A stretch of 64,000 nt of DNA from Verrucomicrobiota bacterium (GTDB taxonomy: Bacteria; Verrucomicrobiota; Kiritimatiellia; JAAZAB01). The translations under genes were made by a program, and so were the position numbers. Positions within the stretch are counted from its first letter, which is position 1. Each line of letters opens with the position of its first letter. Below, piece after piece: positions 29,450 through 38,014 of this stretch. The stretch spans positions 9,295 through 73,294 of the forward strand of contig JBDRJR010000122.1 of the NCBI GenBank assembly GCA_043814705.1, in the 5' to 3' direction. The notes under the pieces were generated by a model, which was not told the DNA's origin, made no database searches, and saw only the letters and a list, made by a program, of their open reading frames with translations.

Positions 29450-30547
29450 ATGCATGTTGCCGAGTTGAGAAAAAAAATCGATGCGCTGGATCGGCGCTTA
29501 GTCAGCCTGCTGAATGCGCGCGCCCGGGTGGCCGTGCGGATCGGACAGTTAAAGCAGGTATCGGCTGTTGACGTGTATGTACCCGCACGCGAAAAAACCG
29601 TGCTCGCGCACGTTCAACGTGAAAATCACGGGCCATTAGGCAAGGAAGCGATGGACTCCATTTACCGGGAGATCATGTCCTCCACGCGTTCCTTGGAACG
29701 GCAGGTGCGCGTGGCCCATTTTGGCCAGGCCACCACATTCACGCACCAGGCCGCACGCCTGCGTTTCGGCGCCAGCGTGACTTACATTCCCTGTGAAACC
29801 ATTTCCGACGTTTTTGAAAAAGTCCGCAATGGCCAGGCGGACCATGGCGTCGTCCCAATTGAAAATTCGACCGAGGGCGCGGTAACTTACACCCTGGATG
29901 AATTCGCCCAGACACCATTGAAGATTTGCGCGGAAATTTACCTGCCGATTTCACACCACTTGATGGCTCGCCACGCGCCACGAGTGGCCGCCAATCCGTG
30001 CCGGGGCATCCGGCAGGTGGTCAGTCATCCGCAAGTGCTTGCGCAGTGCCGCAACTGGTTGCACACCGAAATGCCCGGGGTAGAAATCGTGCCGGCAACC
30101 AGCACCGCCCGCGCGGCGGAAATGGCTGTTCAGGATCGCCGTGTGGCGGCCATTGGCAGTATTCTGGCGGCAGAACATTATCATTTACAGGTGCTGGCGG
30201 CGGAGATTCAGGATCTAAGCGGTAATATGACCCGCTTTCTGGTGATCGGCAAGTCGTTTGGGTCTCCCACCGGCGACGATAAGACCTCGATTTTCTTTGC
30301 GGTAAAGCATAAGGCCGGCACCCTGCACAACGCCTTGGGAGCGCTCAAGAAATACCGACTCAATATGACTAAAATTGAGTCCCGCCCCAACAAATTGAAA
30401 GCCTGGGAATATCTTTTTTTTGTGGATATTGAAGGCCATGTCATGGAACCGCGGGTGCACAAGGCGTTGCGCGAGCTGGAGCGCCATTGCACGCTGATGA
30501 CGGTCCTGGGGGCTTATCCCCAGGCACCGGAGGCCGCAGAAGACTGA
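29450..30547 (+). CDS. pheA: Bifunctional chorismate mutase / prephenate dehydratase (P-protein)
   Basis: N-terminal CM domain (LRKKIDALDRRLVSLLNARA), PDT domain, and C-terminal ACT domain (ESRP, LFFVDIEGH). Confidence 0.85.
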   Translation: MHVAELRKKIDALDRRLVSLLNARARVAVRIGQLKQVSAVDVYVPAREKTVLAHVQRENHGPLGKEAMDSIYREIMSSTRSLERQVRVAHFGQATTFTHQAARLRFGASVTYIPCETISDVFEKVRNGQADHGVVPIENSTEGAVTYTLDEFAQTPLKICAEIYLPISHHLMARHAPRVAANPCRGIRQVVSHPQVLAQCRNWLHTEMPGVEIVPATSTARAAEMAVQDRRVAAIGSILAAEHYHLQVLAAEIQDLSGNMTRFLVIGKSFGSPTGDDKTSIFFAVKHKAGTLHNALGALKKYRLNMTKIESRPNKLKAWEYLFFVDIEGHVMEPRVHKALRELERHCTLMTVLGAYPQAPEAAED

Positions 30548-30668
30548 CGACGGACGGCAGATGACGGACGGTAGCCCGGAAAACGGAAAAAGCAAACGTC
30601 GAACGCTCAACGCTGAACGCCCAACGTCCAATGGAAAACGAAGAACGAAGAACCAAGAACAAGGAACG
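30541..30668. repeat. Composite heptamer-repeat block (GACGRCG x4, AACGYYS x5, GAACNAA x5) beginning at the pheA stop codon
   Basis: gactgacgacggacggcagatgacggacgg ... aaacgtcgaacgctcaacgctgaacgcccaacgtcc ... gaacgaagaacgaagaaccaagaacaaggaacg. This is near-identical to the block at 7230-7310. Confidence 0.8.
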
Positions 30669-30713
30669 ATTTCTTATTCTCATTGACCATTTCCGCCGAA
30701 GGCGGATCCGCCT

Positions 30714-31856
30714 ATGGCGGAAACCATTCTCCATGAGCCGCTCATGAAAAACATCGCCCATTCGTGGATCCTGGATTTGAAGATGTATGAGCCGGGCAAG
30801 CCAATTGAGGAAGTGGCGCGGGAACTTGGGTTTGCGTCCGTGGATGACATCATCAAGCTGGCGTCCAACGAAAACGCCCTGGGACCCTCACCCCTCGCCT
30901 TGCGGGCAATGCAACGCGCGGCCGCCCAAATGCATCGCTATCCCGACAGCAGTGCGCATTTATTACGGCGCGCCCTGTCGAAAAAACTGGGCGTCAAGCC
31001 GGATCAGCTCCTGATCGCCAACGGCGGCAATGAGATCATCGAGTTCATCGGCCACGTGTTCCTGGGTCCGGACGTGGACATGGTTGTCGCCGACCGCGCC
31101 TTTGCCATTTACCGGCTGATCGGCGACATGTTTCGCGCGCGGACCATCAGCGTGCCCATGAAAAATTTTACGCACGATCTGGACGCCATGCTGGCGGCAA
31201 TTACACCCCGCACACGCGTGGTCTTTATTGCCAACCCCAATAATCCCACCGGAACCATGGTCAACGGTAAAGCACTGGACCTGTTTATGCGGCATGTTCC
31301 GGAACACGTTGTCGTGGCACTGGACGAGGCTTACGTCGAATTACTGCCCGAGGATCTTCAGCCCGACACGCTTCAACACGTCCGCGAAGGGCGAAAAATC
31401 ATTATTATACGGACATTTTCCAAAACTTACGGATTGGCCGGCCTGCGCATCGCCTATGCCGTGGCGCCGGAAGAGGGCATTCAACTGATGCATCGCATCC
31501 GCCAGGCATTTAATTTCAACGCCATGGCCCTGGCCGCCGCCGAGGCCGCGCTGGCCGACGACGCCTTCGTCTGCAAAACACGCCGCATGATCCAAGCCGG
31601 CCTGAAGCTGTTTGCGGAACACCTGCCGCGCATGGGAATTGCCTATGTGCCCTCCGTGACTAATTTCATGCTGGTCGAGACAGGTCAGGCGCGCGCAAAG
31701 TTTCACGCCCTGCAGAAGGAAAAAATCATTGTGCGGCCCATGGACGGCTACGGCCTGCCCGACCATGTGCGTATCACCGTCGGCACCCGCGCGGAAAATG
31801 AACAGTGCCTCAAGGCGCTTGCCCGCGTCCTGCACAAGCCGGAACCGCAGTTTTGA
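30714..31856 (+). CDS. hisC: Histidinol-phosphate aminotransferase
   Basis: Class II aminotransferase with a PLP-lysine context (RTFSKTYGLAGLRIAY), N-terminal LASNENALGPSP. Confidence 0.85.
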   Translation: MAETILHEPLMKNIAHSWILDLKMYEPGKPIEEVARELGFASVDDIIKLASNENALGPSPLALRAMQRAAAQMHRYPDSSAHLLRRALSKKLGVKPDQLLIANGGNEIIEFIGHVFLGPDVDMVVADRAFAIYRLIGDMFRARTISVPMKNFTHDLDAMLAAITPRTRVVFIANPNNPTGTMVNGKALDLFMRHVPEHVVVALDEAYVELLPEDLQPDTLQHVREGRKIIIIRTFSKTYGLAGLRIAYAVAPEEGIQLMHRIRQAFNFNAMALAAAEAALADDAFVCKTRRMIQAGLKLFAEHLPRMGIAYVPSVTNFMLVETGQARAKFHALQKEKIIVRPMDGYGLPDHVRITVGTRAENEQCLKALARVLHKPEPQF

Positions 31857-31899
31857 AAATAGCCGGAAAGGGGGCAAAATGATGGGTTCTTCATAAAAA

Positions 31900-33090
31900 T
31901 TAAATTTTTCCACGCCTAATGGCATTACTGCCGAAGGAATGACGCAATGCATCCACCGCCTGATCAATTTTCTTGTTCCGGCTGTCCGGCCCCCTGCCGG
32001 ACAATGCCGCAAACAATTCCGGCTGTGCCGGCGCGGCCTGATCCAGGCGCGCAAGATTACTCACGCCGAACCCCACCAACCGAATTTTCCGTTTTACGCG
32101 CGCACACTCAAACAAGGCCAGCGCGCAGGCAATCAATTCTCGATCGCTATTGAGCGCCGTGGAAAATGACGTTTGCCGGGTAATGGTTGCAAAATCACCA
32201 AACCGCAATTTGATCCGGGCGGTTTTGGCCAGTTTTCCGGATTTACGCAATCGTCCGCCAACTTCCTCCGCCAACTCCAACAGGCGTTGACGGACCCGCT
32301 CCATATCAGGTTCATCATACGGAAACGTATATTCATTGGAAATGCTTTTCTCTTCCCAATGTGTAATGACCGGACGGTTGTCACGGCCCCGGGCCAGATC
32401 AGCCATATCCGCCGCACCCTTTTTCCCAAACAAGCGCTCCAATATTCCTGGATTCAGCGCCTGCAATTGACCAATTGTCCGGATGCCTTCCTTGGCCATT
32501 CGGGCACCGGTGACTTTGCCGATCCCCCACATTTTGGTTACCGGAAGCGGCGCCAGAAAAGCCATGATCTCAGGCGCCGTTACCGGGACCACCGTCAAAC
32601 CATCCGGTTTGTGCATGTCGCTGGCCATCTTGGCCAGGAACTTATTGGGAGCAACCCCCACCGAAGCCGTCAATCCCGTCCGTGTCTTGATGCGTTCCTT
32701 TAATTTTGCGGCGATTGTCACCGCATCACCCCATATCCGCAAGGTCCCGCTGACATCAAGGAAGGCCTCATCCAGCGAGAGTGGTTCGACCAGCGGCGTA
32801 AACTCCTCTAAAATGTCCATAATCCGCGCGGAAATTTCCGCATAACGTTCCATGCGCGGCGGCACAAATACAGCCTGCGGACATAATTTGCCGGCGGTCC
32901 GCGACGGCATGGCGGAATGGATACCATAACGGCGAGCCTCATAGGAACAGGTGGCAACCACGCCGCGCTGATCCGGTGGAGAACCGACGACCAGCGGGAG
33001 CCCGCGCCACTCCGGATGATCCAGGGCCTCAATGGCCGCATAGAATGCATCCATATCCACATGTAGGATTGTTAAAAAAGAGGCGGGCAT
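31900..33090 (-). CDS. dinB: DNA polymerase IV (Y-family)
   Basis: ILHVDMDAFYAAIE, SYEARRYGI and the little-finger domain. The start is taken at MPASFL. Confidence 0.85.
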   Translation of the reverse strand: MPASFLTILHVDMDAFYAAIEALDHPEWRGLPLVVGSPPDQRGVVATCSYEARRYGIHSAMPSRTAGKLCPQAVFVPPRMERYAEISARIMDILEEFTPLVEPLSLDEAFLDVSGTLRIWGDAVTIAAKLKERIKTRTGLTASVGVAPNKFLAKMASDMHKPDGLTVVPVTAPEIMAFLAPLPVTKMWGIGKVTGARMAKEGIRTIGQLQALNPGILERLFGKKGAADMADLARGRDNRPVITHWEEKSISNEYTFPYDEPDMERVRQRLLELAEEVGGRLRKSGKLAKTARIKLRFGDFATITRQTSFSTALNSDRELIACALALFECARVKRKIRLVGFGVSNLARLDQAAPAQPELFAALSGRGPDSRNKKIDQAVDALRHSFGSNAIRRGKI

Positions 33091-33243
33091 TAACTCTGCC
33101 TGATCGCGCAAGGTTTTGCATTTCGTTTTGAGCATCGAAAGTCAATGGCGTATCACGCGCGGCGCCGATCACGCCGGCAATTCCGCGATGTGCAGATCGG
33201 CCAAGCATGCCACGGCTCTTTTTTCCTGAGAAGCGGAAAAAAC

Positions 33244-34074
33244 CTACGGCCTGGCCCACTCGTGCACAAGGCAATCAAATCCGGGAACCGAGACTTTTTC
33301 CGCGCTATTTGTCAAGTCCGTCCTCTTCAAGGAAAACTCGCGCGGTGCCGCACCGGAATTGAAGACGAAGGTGACTATCCTGTCGCGCAACTGCCAAGTC
33401 GCACCGGATGCGTTTTCACCCGACAATTTGACAAGATCGTCCGCCCGCTTGCCATCAACGATGAAATCCTCGTATTTTGCAAGCAGGCTGTTCGCCTGGC
33501 GGATCGGCGCGATCAACTGGTCGTCCATGCCCCACACCCCGGTAAATGACCAGCCGGCGGTACTGCCGTAGCGAGTGACCAGCTTGATGATGTCGATTTT
33601 CAAACTTTGGAACATTGAGCAACGCTGACCCCAACTGCCGCCCGCACTCGGCCCGTATAGGCTGATTATGATCTTTGGCAGAGGCTGGCCTTCTTTCAAT
33701 CCCTTTGCCAGCGCCGACCGCAAAGCCTCAACACGATTTTCACCGCCAGGGGGAAACGGACCGCCGGTACGCGCCATCGCAATGTCCAACACCGGCGCAA
33801 GCATCGCCCAGTCCACGCCATACGCCTGGCGGCAATAATCACCCAGCTTAAGGCCTTTTTCAATCCTGTCCGTCGGCCAGCCGCTGTAAATGCCAACCGT
33901 GACACGCGGATTGACACGCCGAGCCGAATCGTGGAGTAATTCAATAAAGCGGCGATGCTGCCAGCATTTGAAATCCGTCACCTTCTCGTAAAGCTCCCCG
34001 CAGATCTCATCGGTTGTCGGGAGATGATCCAGCTTGGCATAGTCATGAAAGGCCTGGAGGCACCGCTTGCACAG
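33244..34074 (-). CDS. C-terminal continuation (277 codons) of the same reading frame after the in-frame TGA at 34075-34077; candidate pseudogene or recoded gene
   Basis: The 93 nt between the two predicted ORFs are open in the same frame (…PLDI-TGA-LCKRCLQAFHDYAKLDHLPTTDEICGELYEKVTDFKCWQ…). Confidence 0.5.
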   Translation of the reverse strand: MCKRCLQAFHDYAKLDHLPTTDEICGELYEKVTDFKCWQHRRFIELLHDSARRVNPRVTVGIYSGWPTDRIEKGLKLGDYCRQAYGVDWAMLAPVLDIAMARTGGPFPPGGENRVEALRSALAKGLKEGQPLPKIIISLYGPSAGGSWGQRCSMFQSLKIDIIKLVTRYGSTAGWSFTGVWGMDDQLIAPIRQANSLLAKYEDFIVDGKRADDLVKLSGENASGATWQLRDRIVTFVFNSGAAPREFSLKRTDLTNSAEKVSVPGFDCLVHEWARP

Positions 34075-35637
34075 TCAAATATCCAATGGCTTACGCTTCT
34101 CCGGTGGAATATCTTTACGGTAAGGGGCCCCGGAGATTTCATGATCAATCCAGATGCCGTCCATGGCGTTGACCTCAATGCGTTTGTTCAAGACTTCGCA
34201 GTATCGCGCCAGCCATGGATTGTTCAGTCCCGCTCCGGCGTCGGATGGCGGAGTGTCATATTTCCCTCCGTCCAGAACGTGCGTCAGGCAAACGTTGTAG
34301 TTGGCACTCTTTCCCCCTTTGTAATTCTCGGCCCGATATTCGGGGTGCGCCTCGCAATACGGCTTGGCGGCGGATGTATAGCGGACATGCAAATACGCCC
34401 GCGCCTGCATATCCCGGCGCTTGGCCTCCTGGATGACGGGAAAGCTGAACTCGATCGTATCATTGGAAGCTCCATACACCGGCTCATCAAATTGAGGCAT
34501 GATTGTGTTCAGCCCCCAGGTTGCAAACTTCTCCACAAAGATCTTTTGCACAGGGATTGGCTCGCGCTGGAGCATTGTTTCGGCAATCCAGACCGATGTC
34601 TCGAGTTTCTTAGGTGTCAGCGTTTTGCCGGCGGGTATGAGCGCAACGGCTCCCTCGCGGCACACGCGCTGTTTGCCGTCGGTAATGCACCAGACCAGCT
34701 TGGCCGGCAATACGGCGTCGGCGGCCACATCGAAAATAAAAGTCCGGGTAAAAAACACCGTGCCGCCTTTTGCAAGCGCATCCTGCGCAGACATGGATTT
34801 GCTTTTAATGTCGTCACCCTTCGCCTCGCACGTGACGGCATATCGCGTGCCGGGAGTAAGCTGGACCCTGTTTGTGACAAACCAATGCGCGATTTTCACA
34901 CCCTGCTCAGCGGTGACGGTTATTTCCTTCCCGGCGGGAAGCGCATAGACCAATTTGCCGGAATCGGCCTCGTGAATATTCAGGTTCCGGAAGTGGAGGG
35001 TTCCGGAATAGGTGGAATTGTCGGGCCACTTCAAGAGCAGTGGCATGACGCCGGCGGCGTTGTCAGGCGTTATGACTTCTTTCGAGAATTTGCGCCAATC
35101 GAAGGAACCGATGAATTTTATAATGGGGGTGTAACTGATAGTGCCGCCGACTGCTCTGATGTAGCAAAAGTTCAGCTCTATCCCCTCGCAAAGATTTTGC
35201 ATGTCCGGGCGATAGCATATTTCCGTCCTTTTTTCCCCCTCGGCAATGACCGCGCGCGCCTGTTCGTCCACTGAAGCAACCTTATGGTTATAACCGCTCT
35301 CATCCGTTCCTATAACCTGCAGTTTGCTCAAGGAATATGCGCCCGGCAGGCTGAGGACAAGGGTATATTCATCATCGGCCAGCCCTTCCACCGGCATAAT
35401 CCTGGCATGCAGCATCAATTTCCCGCCCGGTGTCACTTCGACCGCATGTGTGAGAAAGGGTGTCTGGCTGACGGGTAGCGCTTCCAGTTTTACCGCTGAT
35501 ACTTGCCCTATGACCGCGGGCGGAGCTGTTTTGGCGGTATCCGTATCCTTAACTTTACAGCCGCAACAAAATGAAAGAAGCAACGCGCTCGACACACTGA
35601 CCAGCATCCTGCGATTTTTCATCAGCTTTCTCATCAC
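34075..35637 (-). CDS. Lipoprotein, N-terminal 520-aa portion of a putative ~797-aa glycoside-hydrolase-like protein; ends at an in-frame TGA
   Basis: Lipoprotein signal MMRKLMKNRRMLVSVSSALLLSFCC-GC. The downstream ORF 33244-33981 continues in the same frame with no other stop. Confidence 0.6.
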   Translation of the reverse strand: MMRKLMKNRRMLVSVSSALLLSFCCGCKVKDTDTAKTAPPAVIGQVSAVKLEALPVSQTPFLTHAVEVTPGGKLMLHARIMPVEGLADDEYTLVLSLPGAYSLSKLQVIGTDESGYNHKVASVDEQARAVIAEGEKRTEICYRPDMQNLCEGIELNFCYIRAVGGTISYTPIIKFIGSFDWRKFSKEVITPDNAAGVMPLLLKWPDNSTYSGTLHFRNLNIHEADSGKLVYALPAGKEITVTAEQGVKIAHWFVTNRVQLTPGTRYAVTCEAKGDDIKSKSMSAQDALAKGGTVFFTRTFIFDVAADAVLPAKLVWCITDGKQRVCREGAVALIPAGKTLTPKKLETSVWIAETMLQREPIPVQKIFVEKFATWGLNTIMPQFDEPVYGASNDTIEFSFPVIQEAKRRDMQARAYLHVRYTSAAKPYCEAHPEYRAENYKGGKSANYNVCLTHVLDGGKYDTPPSDAGAGLNNPWLARYCEVLNKRIEVNAMDGIWIDHEISGAPYRKDIPPEKRKPLDI

Positions 35638-35911
35638 CGCACCTCCTTATTGATGTTATCGTTCTGGATCCGCGTCGGAATTTCCCGCGGCGCTTTGCAT
35701 CCGCTTTCGTCAAAATTACCTGGCCACCGCGAAAAAAATGGCACAGTCGATCAAGATAATCGATGATCGTACTCCTGGAATTTAGCATGTCAATCCTGAT
35801 TTTTTGTCATTTTTCTGATCGTCAACATATAATATTTTGTTTGCCGGCGTGGTCCCAATATGGTAACAATAAACTGCTTATGTTTTATCTCCGTCAACCC
35901 GAGGTCCCGCG

Positions 35912-37429
35912 ATGCTGAACAGGAACGCTTTCGACAACGACCGCTACCTGCGCGAGCAGACCCAGGCCATTCTGGAGCGTGTGCACCGGTTCGGCAACAA
36001 GCTTTATCTGGAATTCGGCGGCAAACTGCTTTTCGACTATCACGCGGCACGGGTCCTGCCGGGTTATGATCCGAACGTCAAGATGCGGCTTTTAAAGCAA
36101 CTCAAGGACCAGGCCGACATTGTCCTCTGTATTTTTGCCGGCGACATCGAACGCCGCAAAATGCGGGCCGATTTCGGCATTTCTTACGATTCCGACGCAT
36201 TGAAACTGATTGATGATATCCGCGAATGGGGTATTGACGTTTTGGCTGTAGTGATTACCCGTTTTGATAACCAACCCGCGGCCAAGTCATTCCGTGACAA
36301 ACTGGAGCGGCGCGGCGTCAAGGTCTATTGTCACCGGGCCACCAGCGGTTATCCGACCAACGTGGACATGATTGTCAGCCCGGAAGGCTACGGCGCCAAT
36401 GCTTATATTAAAACCCACAAGCCGTTAGTAGTCGTTACAGGTCCTGGACCAGGCAGTGGCAAGCTGGCCACCTGCCTGAGCCAGCTTTATCATGATCATA
36501 TCCAGGGACGCCAAGCCGGTTACGCCAAATTTGAGACCTTTCCAATCTGGAACCTGCCGCTCAAGCATCCGGTCAACGTGGCTTATGAGGCGGCCACGGC
36601 CGATTTGCGGGACATTAATCTGATTGATCCCTTCCACATGGAGGCCTACCAGGCCGCATCCGTAAATTATAACCGGGACGTCGAGGCTTTTCCGCTTTTG
36701 CGGGCCATCTGGGAAAGGATCCTCACTCATGACGCAATTTACAAGTCACCCACGGACATGGGTGTTAACCGGGCGGGGTTCGGCATCGTGGATGACCAGG
36801 CCGCGCAGAAGGCCGCATGCCAGGAAATTATCCGCCGCTATTTCCGTTACGCCTGCGAATACGCCATGGGTCTGACCGACCGCGAAACCGTGACCCGGAC
36901 CGAACTGCTGATGCAAGAGGTCGGCGTGCGCCCCGAGGACCGGCGCGTGGTGGAACCGGCGCGCCGGGCGGCCGACGAAGCCCGGCAGACCGGCAAAGGC
37001 AACGCCGGTATTTATTGCGGCGCCGCCCTTGAACTGCCTGATGGAACAATTATAACGGGCAAAAATTCGCTCCTCATGCACGCCGCCTCGAGTGTGATCC
37101 TGAACGCCATCAAACAGCAGGCGGAAATCCCGGATAAGATTCATTTACTCTCAACCCTCATCATGCAGGCCATTGGCGCCTTTAAACGCGACATCCTGCA
37201 ACGCAAGGCCGAAAGCCTGAACCTGGAGGAAACGCTCATCGCGCTCAGCATCAGCTCAACAACCAACCCGGCGGCGCAGATAGCCATGGAAAAACTGAAG
37301 GACCTGCGCGGGGCCGAAATTCACCTGACCCACATACCGGCACCAGGCGATGAGGCCGGCCTGCGGCGGCTGGGCGTCAACCTGACCAGCGACCCGTCCT
37401 TTGCCACGCGCAATTTGTTTTTGGCGTAA
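35912..37429 (+). CDS. DUF1846 / UPF0371 family protein
   Basis: ~500 aa with the KLYLEFGGKLLFDYHAARVLPGYDPN N-terminal signature of UPF0371. Confidence 0.75.
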   Translation: MLNRNAFDNDRYLREQTQAILERVHRFGNKLYLEFGGKLLFDYHAARVLPGYDPNVKMRLLKQLKDQADIVLCIFAGDIERRKMRADFGISYDSDALKLIDDIREWGIDVLAVVITRFDNQPAAKSFRDKLERRGVKVYCHRATSGYPTNVDMIVSPEGYGANAYIKTHKPLVVVTGPGPGSGKLATCLSQLYHDHIQGRQAGYAKFETFPIWNLPLKHPVNVAYEAATADLRDINLIDPFHMEAYQAASVNYNRDVEAFPLLRAIWERILTHDAIYKSPTDMGVNRAGFGIVDDQAAQKAACQEIIRRYFRYACEYAMGLTDRETVTRTELLMQEVGVRPEDRRVVEPARRAADEARQTGKGNAGIYCGAALELPDGTIITGKNSLLMHAASSVILNAIKQQAEIPDKIHLLSTLIMQAIGAFKRDILQRKAESLNLEETLIALSISSTTNPAAQIAMEKLKDLRGAEIHLTHIPAPGDEAGLRRLGVNLTSDPSFATRNLFLA

Positions 37430-37648
37430 AGCGGAATCAAACAGCACACATGCACGGACGGCCCCTTTACCCGCTCCAGATGACCCCGCCCAAGTTATTT
37501 GTCATGAGCACCAACGAGGACTTGACGGCACAGATTCCAAGATTGAACGAAAGAAAGAACTTTTCCAATATAAGAGCCTACTCGTTTTGTCAGGCTTCTC
37601 CTTTGACAACTTTTTGAACTGCTTCATTGGCGTCCCATAGGGCCGCCG

Positions 37649-37800
37649 AGGGCTGTAGACTTTGGGCTGTAGGCCGTAGGTTCAAACAAGCAAAATGTAT
37701 GTGCAAAAAACCGGAACTGTGGTTTTAACAATGGGTGTAAATACCCTTTGTTTTCCTACAGTCTACGGTCCACAGCCTACGGTCTGAACGTCCTGTGGGA
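37649..37800. repeat. Inverted arrays of GGGCTGTAG/CCGTAGG heptamer units flanking a ~70-nt AT-richer core (MITE-like)
   Basis: gggctgtagactttgggctgtaggccgtagg ... cctacagtctacggtccacagcctacgg. A related GGGCTGT x3 tandem lies inside comEC at 40395-40440. Confidence 0.6.
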
Positions 37801-38014
37801 TGCTATTGGAACTGCTTGGAAAATGGAAACGTTCTTGTGGACTTTGACGCAAGGACAGGACACAATCACGGCACCAAGTTTAGAATTCGGCAAGGCCAAT
37901 GGGCCAATCTGTATTCTGAGACAAAACAAATTTTCTAAGAATCAGCCAACAACACGTTGTCGGCACCACGCATGCTCGGGGCCAGTCCGTGCATATGTGC
38001 AACTACGGTTGGAT

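Noticed and set aside
34075-34077. Selenocysteine (UGA-Sec) in the interrupted lipoprotein gene
   Set aside because: No convincing SECIS-like hairpin within ~40 nt downstream, no sel genes in the window, and a GH-like lipoprotein is an implausible selenoprotein. Kept only as a low-probability alternative inside the pseudogene finding.
33955-35274. 439-aa plus-strand ORF overlapping the lipoprotein gene
   Set aside because: It is fully antisense to a gene with a lipoprotein signal and coherent domain structure. Its composition is typical of a spurious GC-rich frame.
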